Shown piece by piece: positions 1 through 12,619 of a stretch of DNA of 64,000 nt. The notes beneath the pieces are model-generated. The model made no database searches. It saw only the letters and a list, made by a program, of their open reading frames with translations, and was not told where the DNA came from. The stretch's first letter is position 1. Each line of letters starts with the position of its first letter. Source of the DNA: Lingula anatina (Eukaryota > Animalia > Brachiopoda); the NCBI GenBank assembly GCA_051362555.1, contig CM120645.1:6262001-6326000 (forward strand). The letters are read 5' to 3'. The position numbers were made by a program, and so were the translations under genes.

Positions 1-780
1 AATGACAACTGAGCACTTATATGAGCAGTTTTTTACCATTTCTAGCACAAATGAATAAAACATCTGCCAATGAAAATGTTCAGTAGTCTTCACTCTATAT
101 CATATATGACTGCCATAATGCCATTTTATTGCTTTCAAGTGCTTGTTCAAAACAACTAATCATTGGCCCAATGCATCTAGACCAAATGTTTTGAACTATG
201 TCAAGTGGGTCTTATTGAGAAAATATTTTATGAAGGATGCTGTACTGTATTTCCATTAAAGAAGGGGGAAATGCCTAAATGTGCCATTAGCATTAGACAA
301 CTAGTACAATGTAGTCCATTCTACAAAAGCACAGCCAATCAATATACATATATCTAAAATATGATAAACATATTTTTAACTTTTTAGTCTGAAATGGAAG
401 CATTTGAATTTTGAATGCTTCTGGGTCCAATGTTTTTTTTTATTATATCAAGAGTGTCGTACATGGAATAGGTCCAAAACATGACACAGTGGATGCACTT
501 CATTCATCACAAGAACAGGGAACAATTTAAAACAGTTTGTAGTGATACCACAGAAACAGACCAATGTCATCCTGTATGCATGCGCAATGAGTTAAGCAAG
601 GTAGACCGAGGTAGCATAAAAGAATTGGGCCTTTTTTCTATATCCACGGTCAATAACCCAGTCCAATGCCCAAGCAAATTGTGCTATAACCGGACAAATA
701 CACCACATGGCATCAAATGGTTGATGAATGAAGGTAACCCAGTGTTTATATATGAATCACAAACTCCTGGCATTAATGCT

Positions 781-1070
781 CCAACTCCAGCCTTACCTTA
801 CCATCTCCATACCACACCAACTCCTGCCTTACCTTTCCACCCTCATACCACACCAACTCCTGCCTTACCTTCCATCCTCATACCACACCAACTCCTGCCT
901 TACCTTCCATCCTCATACCACACCAACTCCAGCCTTACCTTTCCACCCTCATACCACACCAACTCCAGCCTTACCTTTCCACCCTCATACCACACCAACT
1001 CCAGCCTTACCTTTCCACCCTCATACCACACCAACTCCAGCCTTACCTTTCCACCCTCATACCACACCAG
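781..1070. repeat. Tandem repeat of about 8 x 35-36 bp whose unit spans the SLMAP exon end and 5' splice site
   Basis: Unit on the minus strand is TGGTGTGGTATGAGGGTGGAAAG|GTAAGGCTGGAGT; CCTTACC recurs at about 791, 827, 863, 898, 933, 969, 1005 and 1041. Confidence 0.95.
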
Positions 1071-1235
1071 TGCATGGTTCCTGGATAGCACCTTGCAGTC
1101 AAATATGGCATTATTGGTGGCAGGTCTCGCCCGGGCCACAGCCCTCCCTATTTTCACAGGCTCAGTGAGGGGAACATGGCGTTCTTGGAATGGATGTGAA
1201 TTTGGTCGGCAAATAAAAATGGCAAGTGCAGTCAT
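1047..1235 (-). CDS. SLMAP: SLMAP (sarcolemmal membrane-associated protein), first coding exon with the N-terminal FHA domain; the rest of the gene lies left of the window
   Basis: [63 protein letters not shown] matches the SLMAP FHA N-terminus ([22 protein letters not shown]). ATG at 1235; 189-nt exon ending at a phase-0 AAG|GTAAGG donor. Confidence 0.93.
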
Positions 1236-1239
1236 GTTG

Positions 1240-2052
1240 TTGTACAAAATTTTGAAGCTCCTCCTTCTGGCATACGCATATATATCACTTCATAGGCAAT
1301 TTCAGAGCTCCACGTCTTTAGTGACAACTTCCCAGCGGTTCGTTTGAGCAGCGTGACAGCATTACATGACTTGGTTGACACGAATCTCCCACAGAACCAG
1401 TCAGGACGTCTTCGCGCTTGTAATCACACCCATTGAAAATCGCTCTTACACTGAAGTCACAATTATCCCATATTCAAAACTGGAAAATAAAGAGAGAGTC
1501 TCCATAATCTGATGTGACAGTTAAATCTGTTAATGAGCATCTGCGTTAGCTAAAATACAAACATTGATCCCATCCCAGTTGAACCCGAGTCGGCCATCTT
1601 GAAACTAAGATACACATCCCCTCTGTGTTTTATTGAATGGATCCTGTTGCATTTTAACAGTCATGAAGGATTTTTGTAATGCTAAGATAATCAAGAGTCG
1701 TGTGGGAAATACATGTTGTTGTCACTCATCAATCAGACCCCATCTTACCTAAGCAATATATTCAAGGAAGTCCCGCAACCTCTGACCGTAGACAGCCATG
1801 ATTTTTTTTTGTTGAAGCGACCTCGATCTCAAACTAGGTCAAATGAATACTCTCTATCAATTTTAACTATTTTAAACATTTCACTCGATATAATTAGTAA
1901 TGTAAATTAAGTTCATTATGATTTTGGTTCAGATATAAGCTTTCATTTGGCAAATTAAAAAATTACCGTGACTCTGTGGCTCTACGTCTTCAAGCTATAT
2001 TTGTTGGATTGAAATGTTTGGGTTTGGAGGGTGCGATTTTAACCCCCACAAG
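1240..2052. promoter_or_regulatory. Putative bidirectional promoter/5'UTR region for SLMAP (-) and DENND6 (+)
   Basis: Divergent start codons about 820 bp apart; YY1-like AAGATGGCCG on the minus strand at 1591-1600 and AAGATGGC over the DENND6 ATG. TSS not mapped. Confidence 0.6.
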
Positions 2053-4184
2053 ATGGCAGCTGACGTGCATCAACAAATAATGCCTTTAGAGAGGAAATTC
2101 TCCTTGCAAGATTCGCCGCGATCACCCACCGTCTTGCCATGGGATAGATTTTCTAACTGGCTCCACTGCGCTTGTGTCGTCACTTTTGATTTGGAGCTTG
2201 GACAAGCAATGGAGGTATTTAGTTTACCGTCTTTTGTTCTCATATTTCTTTGGATGGCTTCTACAAGTTCAAGGAATGTTGCTTATTGGTGGTTGTCACG
2301 TTTTCTGCCGGGTGAAAATTAATGGCCTGCTGCATGTTCCCCTTTTATACCAAAAGACGTAATCTTTTTTTTTTCTATCATTAGATTTGTTTTCTTGATT
2401 TGTGCGTCGATAATTAATTTTGTTGGCAGTACTTGAATGGAAAATCATCTGGAATTAAAAGGGACTTGGTTAGTGGTTGAGTGGCATGGACACATGCTTT
2501 AAACTTTCACCAAATACCAATACAATAAATCTCACGCGTGTGTGTCACATTTGCTAAAAGTTATCAGTAATTTAGTTTGCCAAAATGTATATATATTTTT
2601 TACTTTCACAATATATCCCAGTACTCAAATTGTCTGTGATTTAGTTCAAGTCTTTTGTTTCTAGTACTCTTCATTTCATACTACTGAACATGTTTAAAAA
2701 TGTGTTACGTGTGGCTTTATTAATGAATGTGAAGATTTTTAACAGTTGATCAGTGACCTACATACTGTCTACAAGTTTATTATGCCCAAGCCATTTTATT
2801 AGGATGAGTGGATAAAGTTTCTCCTAAGTGGGCTCAATCAAATGGAAAATACTTGATTTGCTTATACCCAAAATGTTGGTGGAAAATTTGGTTGTTATTG
2901 CTGTTGTTGTTGTTTGTTTGTTTGTTTGTTTTTTTTTTAAATCTTAACTTATGTTTATCTGCAGCTTGTCAAAAATGCTATGGCAAAAATGCATTATAAA
3001 ATGTAAACATGAGATCTACTCCTTTAACAGATCATTCAGACTAGTTTTAATTTCAAAGCTGTTTAACTAAAGTAATGATTAAAGGCAGTATGCTTAAAAC
3101 AAAAAAAGATATCAGCCAAAATATAAAACATAGAACATGCTTGGCTTGATATCTTGTAACACAAAAGCACTCTGTTCTCTTGAGTGAGTCTCCAAATGTT
3201 TTGTTAATAGTGCTCTCACCTGACATAACCACTTGGACCCATCTGAACACTGATATACCATACAAATGTGCAGTGAATAATGTTTAATTATTTCTCTCAT
3301 TGGGTCAAAATGATTTGTGGTCAAATTAGAAATTCTATTTTCTGAAATGACGTATTTCTATCTCATTTTCAGCTGGTGTATCCAGGTCATGTAAAGCTTA
3401 CAGAAAGAGAGGTTTGTTTGTCTAATGTTTAAATAATGTAGCAGCTGTATTTACTGTCAGTAAGTTGGGTATTGATATAGACGATTGCCTTTGGCCTGAT
3501 GGTATCAACTGCATGAAAGGGCAATCAAGTTGCATATGGAGCATATAAATTACTATGGCAGGCACTGTTTAGATGTCATTTTTTTTTTTTTAATTTAATA
3601 TATTGAATCAAAGTCAATGAAAATGTCCTTGGATTAAGATTATTCTGGATTTCTAAAGAATGTGCATTAGCGGTTTAAGGTATGCCTTACGTATACATAT
3701 TAATTTTTTCAAAAATAGATTTTTACTTTATTTTATTTTTATTTATTTATTTGTAATTTGTGTCATATGCCTTGTATTCATATTTGCTATATGGTCTTCT
3801 TTTCCAGAAAATCAATATCTGTTACTTGTCGTTTCCAGACTCAAACTCAGGTACATAGAATCATTAATTATTCCTTAATAACGTGTTGTTATGTTGTTAT
3901 GAACATACTAGTAGTTAATTGGATAGGGAACCCTATATAATGAAACCTATTATGTAAGTTATTCATGAAGGTCTATATGATAATAACTTGAAGCTATTTA
4001 AAAATATGAGATTATATAAACATAGGATATTTATTGGCAAACTTAAAGGTTATAAGAAGGACAAGGAAATCCACAATCTTTGAACAATGTTGGATTCTCC
4101 CATCCCCACTTAACATATTACAGCTACTGACATATTTTAATATACACACAAATTATGGTGTATTATCACAATTGAGTTCACAAT

Positions 4185-4238
<54 letters not shown>

Positions 4239-5158
4239 AGAACCAAAAACTAGTAAAGAACCTATTTATAAGAAGTCACAAGGAAAATAATTCTTTAGAC
4301 AGTAGCTTAACTTATATTACCATTATTCAAGTACTAGTATGGTATTACTTAGAGTACAATGCTGATAGAAGTCTTCACTTTTCATTTTAAATTGTTTCTA
4401 AATGCACTTTAAATTTCAGGTTGTATGGGTGACACAAAGTTTCACTTTCGAATCCGTCAGTGTCCTGGTAGAAAGAATCACATCCTTGCCCATGATGACT
4501 TCAACAGAGAGTGCCCAGCCTCTCTGCAGGTAGATATTTTAAAAGTAAAAAAAGTCTGGTTCTTAAATACTCCACTGCAAGTAAAGAAAATTTGAGGAGA
4601 TACTCCTTATTGGAATGATATGTTAAACTGTTTTGATTTGACATTTTGAAGTTTAATTTTAATTCTAGCACCACAAAAAATGCATTGCACATAACTGAAA
4701 ATATTCAAGCACGTGGAAATGAAAATATATAAGTTTACCATAATTCAATTAATAGTGAGATGCAGTAAACAAGGTTGCGTATATTAATGTATGTATTGTC
4801 ATATTTGCAACACAGATTGAATGTCTTTATAAGTTATCATCATGAGAAGTATTACTGGATGTTTTATTACATTTTGCTTCATATTTTTCCCTTCAGATCG
4901 ATAATGCTTATTACTACGGCTATGTCTACTTTCGCCAAATGAAGGATAAATCCATACGAAGAGGATACTTTCAGAAAGTACTTTTAGTTTGATAATACAT
5001 TAATATAGAGGTTTTACATTTTAAAATTTATTACTGGATTTGTCATGATATTGTCTGTTAAGACTGATATTTATTTCAACTAAATTATTTATTGTCATCA
5101 TTTGATTAATATTGGTGATATTCTCAGTTATTCATCAGAAAATTAAATTTACCATTGA

Positions 5159-5251
<93 letters not shown>

Positions 5252-5732
5252 CTTCTCTTTTCTTCTCTTTTCTGTCTGCAGAATTGTTGGCTTGTCTTTC
5301 TGCCTGTCTTTTGTCTTTTTGTCTTTTCAATCCTTCCTGTCTTCACTGCTTTCTCACTATGTATGTTTCTGTATATTCCAGTCCCTAGTATTAGTGTCTA
5401 AGCTGCCCTTCATCCCACTGTTGGAGCACATGGTGGAGATTATGGCTCCAGAATACTTTGATAATGGGGAACCCAGCTTAGAAGCAGGTTTGTGAAGGAA
5501 ATGGAGCTTTTTGAACTCCCAGATTTTCTCAGAGTAAATAAGTGGAGTTAGTTTTAAATTTCTGAGATTGATACCTTTAAGTAATAGTATCTTTCTGTGT
5601 CTGTTGTGTTCTATTATATTTGTGTGTTGAGCTGTGAATTCTGATTTCTTACATTAATGTTAGACCCGGCTTCGTTGTAAAAATATTATGTAACCCTGGT
5701 CCATTGTTTCATATATTTGAATAATAATGATA

Positions 5733-5801
<69 letters not shown>

Positions 5802-8800
5802 AATCTGACCCATATTTCAGCCTGCCATGATATAGACCAGTGGCCAGAACCCACTCCAGGGGAAACACTGAACTTGCCCCTCATGGGCTCAGTTGTACAG
5901 GTAGATATTAGGTGTATTCATTCTTAAACGAAGCCCCCATTCCCATAGACACCAACAATCCAACTATTAGGGGACTCTTGCTAAATGTAGTCAGTTTAAC
6001 AGATACACATGCCTCCTGCTGGTGTTAAGCAGAATACAGAAAAGTGATAAATATTGTGGTGTTTGTATCATTCCCTCAGGTCCGAATCCCCTCCAGATCT
6101 GACAAGGTGATAGGTGCTGTCCAAACCAAGACACACACTGTGGTAAGTGCATGGATCGAGGGAAAATGAAAAAAAAACTTGTCTACCAAACACAGACAAG
6201 TGTTTTGTAAGACATGCTACTGAATTTAATGGTTTATGTAGTAGATATATATTAATGATATACTTCCTATAGAGGGTAGTTGGCCTTGTAAATAGGTATT
6301 TGTATACTTCATCATTGTGTGATGTGGATTTGACATGACAAACAAATTTGCTTTATACTATTTTATAAAATGATAGTAACTGTATTTATTGCAATACTTA
6401 CCTAATGATTAATACTTTCTATCACCAATTCATGAAAATTATTTGTTTTAATGTTGTTTATATTTTCCAGCCTCAAATCCCAGTAAATCATGTTCTGCAG
6501 TCAATACATGAAACAGATCTGTTCAGGTAGGGAGAGTTCTCTACAGGTTCACCAATAGATTTGAAATATTTGCAATTAGCACAAATAATTTATTATACTG
6601 ACAAAAACTGATTGATTGATTTTTCTTGTGGCCAATTTGGTACATATTTGGCCAGCCACAAAGTACCAGCCTACTTGACCTTTGAAATGATATATTAGGA
6701 TGCTTGGAGTTATATATTTAAAATAATTATAGTATGGATGTTTTCCCCATTGCAGTGCATTTCAACCAGTCCTACAGCACTTGCAACTCATGTGGGAACT
6801 AGTCTTAACAGGGGAGGTAAGGAAATGCCTGTTTACATCAGGATAAACTTACCAAGTCCAAGCTGCCAGATGTAAAAATTTTATTTACTTTGGGTTCTTA
6901 GTGTTTTGAATTTTTGAGTGCTCAGTCATGACACTGATTAAAAACAAAAAACAGTACTTACTTTATTGTATAGCTCTATGAGGACAATTTACATGGAAGC
7001 TGCTCTGTTTTATAAGAAAGCATATCTGTTTTATTTTACATGTTAATACATACAAATGTACCTGTTTTAGCCTGTGGTAGTAATGGCCTCCTCTCCTACT
7101 CTGTGTGCCAACGCTGTGCAAGCCCTGGTCAGGTTAGTCACCCTCGTGCCATACATTTTCATACATACTGGTTAATTTTCAGTCAAAATGTGATGGCTTA
7201 GCCTATTAGGTACCATCCCTGTGTGTGATTGTTCAGAAAAGATTCCAATTTCATGTGATTTACATCAGTCAAAATTTGTCAATATAAGGTGAAAGTGAAC
7301 ATTTTACATTATATACTTTTGAATACTGCTAAGATACGATTCATATAGTATATTCAGTAGTATATAAAAGTATGTAGTAAAATGATGTTTTTATTAATAT
7401 GATTCAAATGTGATTTGTTTCTTATCCTTTATTTATTTATTTATATTTCCAGTATAATCTGGCCACTGAAGTATTGCTCGGATTACCGGCCATACTTTAC
7501 AATACACGACAGTGAGTTCAAGGAATACACAACTAAGACTCAAGCACCGTAAGTTTTACCAACCAGTGTATAACCAAGTCATTATTATAAAGGCATTTGC
7601 ATTGGAATTTTTCTCTATGTCAAGAATTTCATCCTTTTTTAATGTGTGAAAGAGAGTTATCATGAAAGAGGGTCATTGGATGTTGTATGACATGCCAAAA
7701 AAGGGCATTTTCTATTCCAATGTTTCTTTTTATTATGAGATTTATGTAAGAGTATCTTAAAGCACCAGATAAATTGCCACTAGGTGGCATGATAAATGTT
7801 TCAGGTGGTTACAGGTACATGAAATTCTTAAGACAGACGTATATTTATCAAGATTTGGTTTCTTTGAATATTTCAGTCTGAATTTAGAAGTTGTTATATT
7901 TTCAGGCCAGCTGTGATTCTTGGTGTTACCAACCCTTTCTTTGCCAAAACTCTTCAGCACTGGCCCAATATTGTACGCATAGGAGAAACAAGTGGAGATG
8001 GTAAGCCCATTGGTCCTTGTGCAACTGGGGACAGTAAGCCTTTTTGGTCTCTTTACAGAATATTTGCTGGTAGTTTATGTTATGGAGATTGATGAATATG
8101 AACAAAGATGCCAGAATGAGAAAATGATTGTGAAAACTTTGTGTTCGTCTTCAGTCAGATGTGATTTGCTAAATTTGATTGTGACTTTCATATAATGAAA
8201 AATACTTCCAGGTGATGCCAATACATTGATATCTCTAACATCCAAATTTCAGGAGATGCTTCTTATTAGAAAAATTCATTTAGGTTTTAATTGGACCTAT
8301 TGAGTTTTACTTTGATTTTATCACCAATTAAAAGAAATTAACACAATATCAAATTTTTAGTTTAAGACATTGGAAAGTAATGAGTTCCGTTGCAATTGTT
8401 TTTTGTTTGACATCTGTCCTCTCCACTCACAGCTTCTCCGCGTGCAGTGCTGAAATTGAAAAAATCCAGTAGCTTGAAAACTTTAGATTCTAAACCAGGT
8501 CAGTCTGCATGATAATCTTTTAATAGTTTTTTGCTATTGTAGAAATATTTTCCTACTTCTTTAGAATCACTTCACTCTCATAGATTCTTGTGTTGTATTA
8601 ACCTGCTGTATTCTATTATAAACACTATGGCACACCAGGTGGTGAAACAGCACTGAGAAAAGGCAGAAATGTCTGTCTGACATAACATTAACTGCCAGTA
8701 GTTTTTCACCTTGGTGCATCATTCCTTCTTCTATTTGTCCTCAAAATGGCGTACAATAGGCCTCTTAGTGACATTGTTTTTTGCAGTTTTGTTATATAAA

Positions 8801-11800
8801 AGAGTAGATTCTGAATTGATATTTGCTTCTCTGAAATCATGCAAATATAGGGAAAGGCACAGGGTTTTACTTTGTTGGCTGCATTCGAAAAAAGATTGGT
8901 CATTATTCCGTATTACAAATTACTTGTAACCCCAACCAGTGCACCACCATCAAATGCAGTGTTTCTATATTGTTGTGCACTTTTACAGTAGTAGTAACTT
9001 GAAGGTGTAAAATAGTTCAGTCCCATCCTTTTTAGAATAGCATGTCTTTTAGTAGTCTAGCTGTGAATTCTTAAGTTGGGCTAATCAAAGGGCACCTCTT
9101 TATGATTTTTGTAGTTTACAAATGTTGGGGTTTTTTTTCACCCTTTTCTTTAAAAGATGTTGATTTCTGCCTTCTTAACTCTCTCAAAGAAAAAATATTT
9201 TTCGATCCAGGCCATTATAGTTATATCTTGTGCCCTTTATTGTATCAGTGTTTCAAAGTTTTATGTTAAGTTCTATTGGTCTGGATTGTCTGACAGTGTA
9301 TTACTATTAAATTAATGTAAGGTTGTATTTGTGCAGTATTTTCTTGTTCAAGTGCCAGTGTTTTGTTTCCTTTTCTAAATGCACAAAATGCCCAAGCCTT
9401 TTTCAGCTGGTCTAGTGAATATTCACTTTTGCTTGTGAAGTTGAATTTTTATAATGTGGCAATTGATTGAATTTTAACTGATCGTGCCATTGATTTCTTA
9501 AAATTGTATGCCTGAATGAGGAATACTAAAGCAAATCTATATTTGATCCCCTATGAAGAACAGTGATCATCTGTTATATTTTCAATTTTTGGAATAGATA
9601 GAAAAACATTCACTAATCACAGGCTTTGTTATCAAATTTTTAGGATAAAAATTTGAAAATTTATTTACTATAATATTTATGTGTAGATATCCTCTTTATT
9701 TCAGGTGTCTATACCAGGTACAAACCCTATCTCAGTAAGGACAAGACTATCCTGAAGAGACTGAGCAAGGTATGAAATTCATTATCTTTTTTGATGGCAA
9801 ACATTAAGTATAATAAGACTTCATTACAGATAATGCAACTGGATATTACAAGTCAAAATACCATAAATATGAAGTATTGTTGGCATAATTATAGTTGCAT
9901 GGCATCATAGATATCAGTTTGCTGGAAACCTGCCTTTATTATCACCATATAGATTTGGTATTTTGAGTAAGAGTGTTGCTGGGTGAAGGAAACTTAACCA
10001 TATAGTACTGAGATCGGCATGGTGTGATGAGAATGTTTTCAATAAATTTGATGTGATATACTAAACACATAAAATGAGGTTAAAGGAAAGATATATTATC
10101 ATGTTATTAGCTGTAACTAGTTTGGTATTGTTTGTTATTTCAGGGTATCCAGTTGAAGCGGCCAGTAGAGGTACAAAGTGCAATGTTGCGGAGGTTCTTA
10201 TTAGAACTGACTCAGAGTTTTATGATACCATTGGTAAGAAACAGGACTCATATTAAACCACCAGTTACAGTGAAGATTTCCTGTTCACATCAGATTCTGG
10301 GACAACTGCTCTATGCTTTTGGGAATTTACACCTCCTGGTTGTTCATTGATATATCTAACATGTAAAATTAAGTTTAGCCAGTTTTGCTAAACCATTTTT
10401 TGGGGTAAGATATTGTGTATGAAGTGCTACTTTGCTTAAATTTGGGTCACAGTAACTGTTATAGCACAGTCTGGCTTATTGAGTGAGCCTTGAATACATA
10501 GGCTAATTTTAAAGCAATATACTTTAAAAGCAAAATTTTAATATTCCAAAAATTGATTCATTACAGGAGAGGTATATGGCAAGTTTAATGCCACTGCAAA
10601 GGAACATATCACCTCACAAGGTAAGGGGTTTTAGAGAAATTTCATTGAGACCTGTAATATTGTCAGTATGATTATGAATGAATTGTTAGTAAAAATTTCA
10701 GAGTGTACTATGATCATGTAAGTACAAAAAATTATGTTTTTGTGTAAATCTTTATTGTATGTCTTGTGTTCCCTACATTTTGAATTCTCCAATTTGTATA
10801 TCAATAACTTTCAATGTCTTTTAACAAAATTAACATAATTATGTCTTAAAGGGACCACCTGTTCTGAAACCATTCAATGTAGAGGAGTTCTTGAAGACTT
10901 TAGACCACTCTGGACCACAATTGACTTCTGGGTTGAAGGGGGACTGGATAGGACTATACAGGTATGGTAGTCCTTAGTAGACGGATAGGACTATACAGGT
11001 ATGGTAGTCCTTAGTAGACGGATAGGACTATACAGGTATGGTAGACCTTAGTGGACGGATAGGACTATACAGGTATGGTAGTCCTTAGTAGACAGATAGG
11101 GCTATACAGGTATGGTAGTCCTTAGTAGACGGATAGGACTATACAGGTATGGTAGTCCTTAGTAGACAGATAGGGCTATACAGGTATGGTAGTCTTCAAT
11201 AAACAGACAAGACTGTACTATAGATATATGGTCATAGTCTTCAGTAGTCAATAAACTGTGCAGGTATGGAAGTCATCAGTTACCAGACTACAGAAGTAGT
11301 TGTCAATACACTAAACAAAACTTCAGTGATCAATGACTGTGCATATAAGTAGGACTGTACATATATCATTGTAGTCTTCTAAGTGTAGTGAATAAACAAG
11401 AATAAATTGACTAAGTAGGAATGTATTGATATGATAGTCACCATGTGTCAATGACTAAAATATACTGTAGATGGTTAAAGGGTTTTTGTTTTGTGATAGT
11501 TTTCAATTTTGTTCTTAGCTTTGAAAGATCGTGATAACATTTATATTATTTGTCATTGTATGTTTCTGAAATGCAAATTGTGAAAATTGCTAGAAAGTGC
11601 AAGCTATTTATCAGAAATTATGTATTCCAGGAAGTTTTTAAAGTGCCCAAATTTTGATGGCTGGTATCACTTCAGGCAGAAAGAAGTGAACCAGAAGTTA
11701 CAGGCTTTGCACCTGGAGGCTTTGTGTAAAGAGGTAAAAGGATGATTGTTTAGGGTGAATGATAAAAAAAATCTTTCGCAGTTTTGGGGTATTATTATGA

Positions 11801-12619
11801 ATCAAAGCTTAAATTTATGTTCAAGAGGCGCTACTTACTTAGTAACATTGGTGAAAATATTATTGTTTCATAGTGAACTTTTTTCTTAATTTACAATGAA
11901 AGTTCCATGTGATTTTATTATTTTTTTTGTCCTTCTCATTTATAGACTGTAGTTTGATGTTATGCATTAAGGAGATTTGATCAAATCCTATTACATCCTA
12001 AATACTTTTCAGGACCTAGTGAACTGGGTGAGGGACAAGCAGGAAGTGGAGATTGTTGACCTGGTGCTAAGGTTGAAGGACAAAATGGTACCTGCTCATT
12101 CTTTTTTTTTTTTCATTATATGAAAAATGAGAAAATCCAAAGTGTGCATGTTTTTGCCAGCTCTGTTGGACTCTTTGTTAATTATTATACTGCATGTATA
12201 TGTGTGTGCATGTAATATTGATTAAAGATTTGCAGACCACCTGATTCTTGACATGTATAGTTGCAAGCAGACCAGAAAATGAGTACTTTTGTTTTACACT
12301 CTGAGTTGGTTCTAAAGAACAGTCTTCAGGATTTGAATTTTATATCGTTCCCTTGCACATTTGAAAAAAATGAAACTGAAAAAATTTGACATATCATGAT
12401 TAGATTTTTATACTTATTATGGATTTGGAGTTGTTACTTTAAAGTGCAAATGATTATCGTTATTATATTTTATTTTCATTCTTATTATTGTAGATTAGTG
12501 CACAAAACAATGATATACCTGTCTCCATGGACATTGTGAAAAAACTGAAATGTCACCTTCACAGTATCATCAGTTCTCTGCCAGAGGACCTACAATCAGT
12601 ACTGAAGACACATCTTTGA
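2053..12619 (+). CDS. DENND6: DENN domain-containing protein 6 (FAM116; Rab14 GEF family), 21 coding exons
   Basis: Exons with GT-AG and consistent phase: 2053-2214, 3373-3411, 3808-3850, 4420-4529, 4897-4977, 5382-5487, 5821-5900, 6080-6142, 6471-6526, 6756-6816, 7071-7132, 7453-7548, 7906-8000, 8433-8498, 9705-9769, 10144-10233, 10567-10620, 10852-10961, 11631-11733, 12013-12087, 12494-12619 (TGA). Motifs: [86 protein letters not shown]. Confidence 0.95.
4185..4237. repeat. Poly-T tract (intronic)
   Basis: About 50 consecutive T. Confidence 0.9.
5164..5243. repeat. (CT)n microsatellite in DENND6 intron 5
   Basis: About 40 CT units. Confidence 0.95.
5733..5800. repeat. (ATT)n microsatellite just upstream of the DENND6 exon 7 acceptor
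   Basis: More than 20 ATT units. Confidence 0.95.
10946..11195 (+). repeat. Tandem repeat of 7 x 37 bp (plus degenerate copies) spanning the DENND6 exon 18 end and donor
   Basis: Unit GGATAGGACTATACAG|GTATGGTAGTCCTTAGTAGAC; GT donors at 10962, 10999, 11036, 11073, 11110, 11147 and 11184. Confidence 0.95.

Noticed and set aside
781-1070. CRISPR-like appearance of the 36-37-bp repeats (also 10946-11195)
   Set aside because: Units are head-to-tail with no unique spacers, there are no cas genes, and the context is eukaryotic introns.
481-1347. 288-aa and 146-aa plus-strand ORFs
   Set aside because: Antisense shadows of the SLMAP exon and its 36-bp repeat; the repeated peptides come from the repeat and there is no independent coding signal.
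4034-5927. ORFs with poly-F, SLSL, RERE and poly-I runs
   Set aside because: Translations of poly-T, (CT)n and (ATT)n microsatellites; only the embedded DENND6 exons are real.
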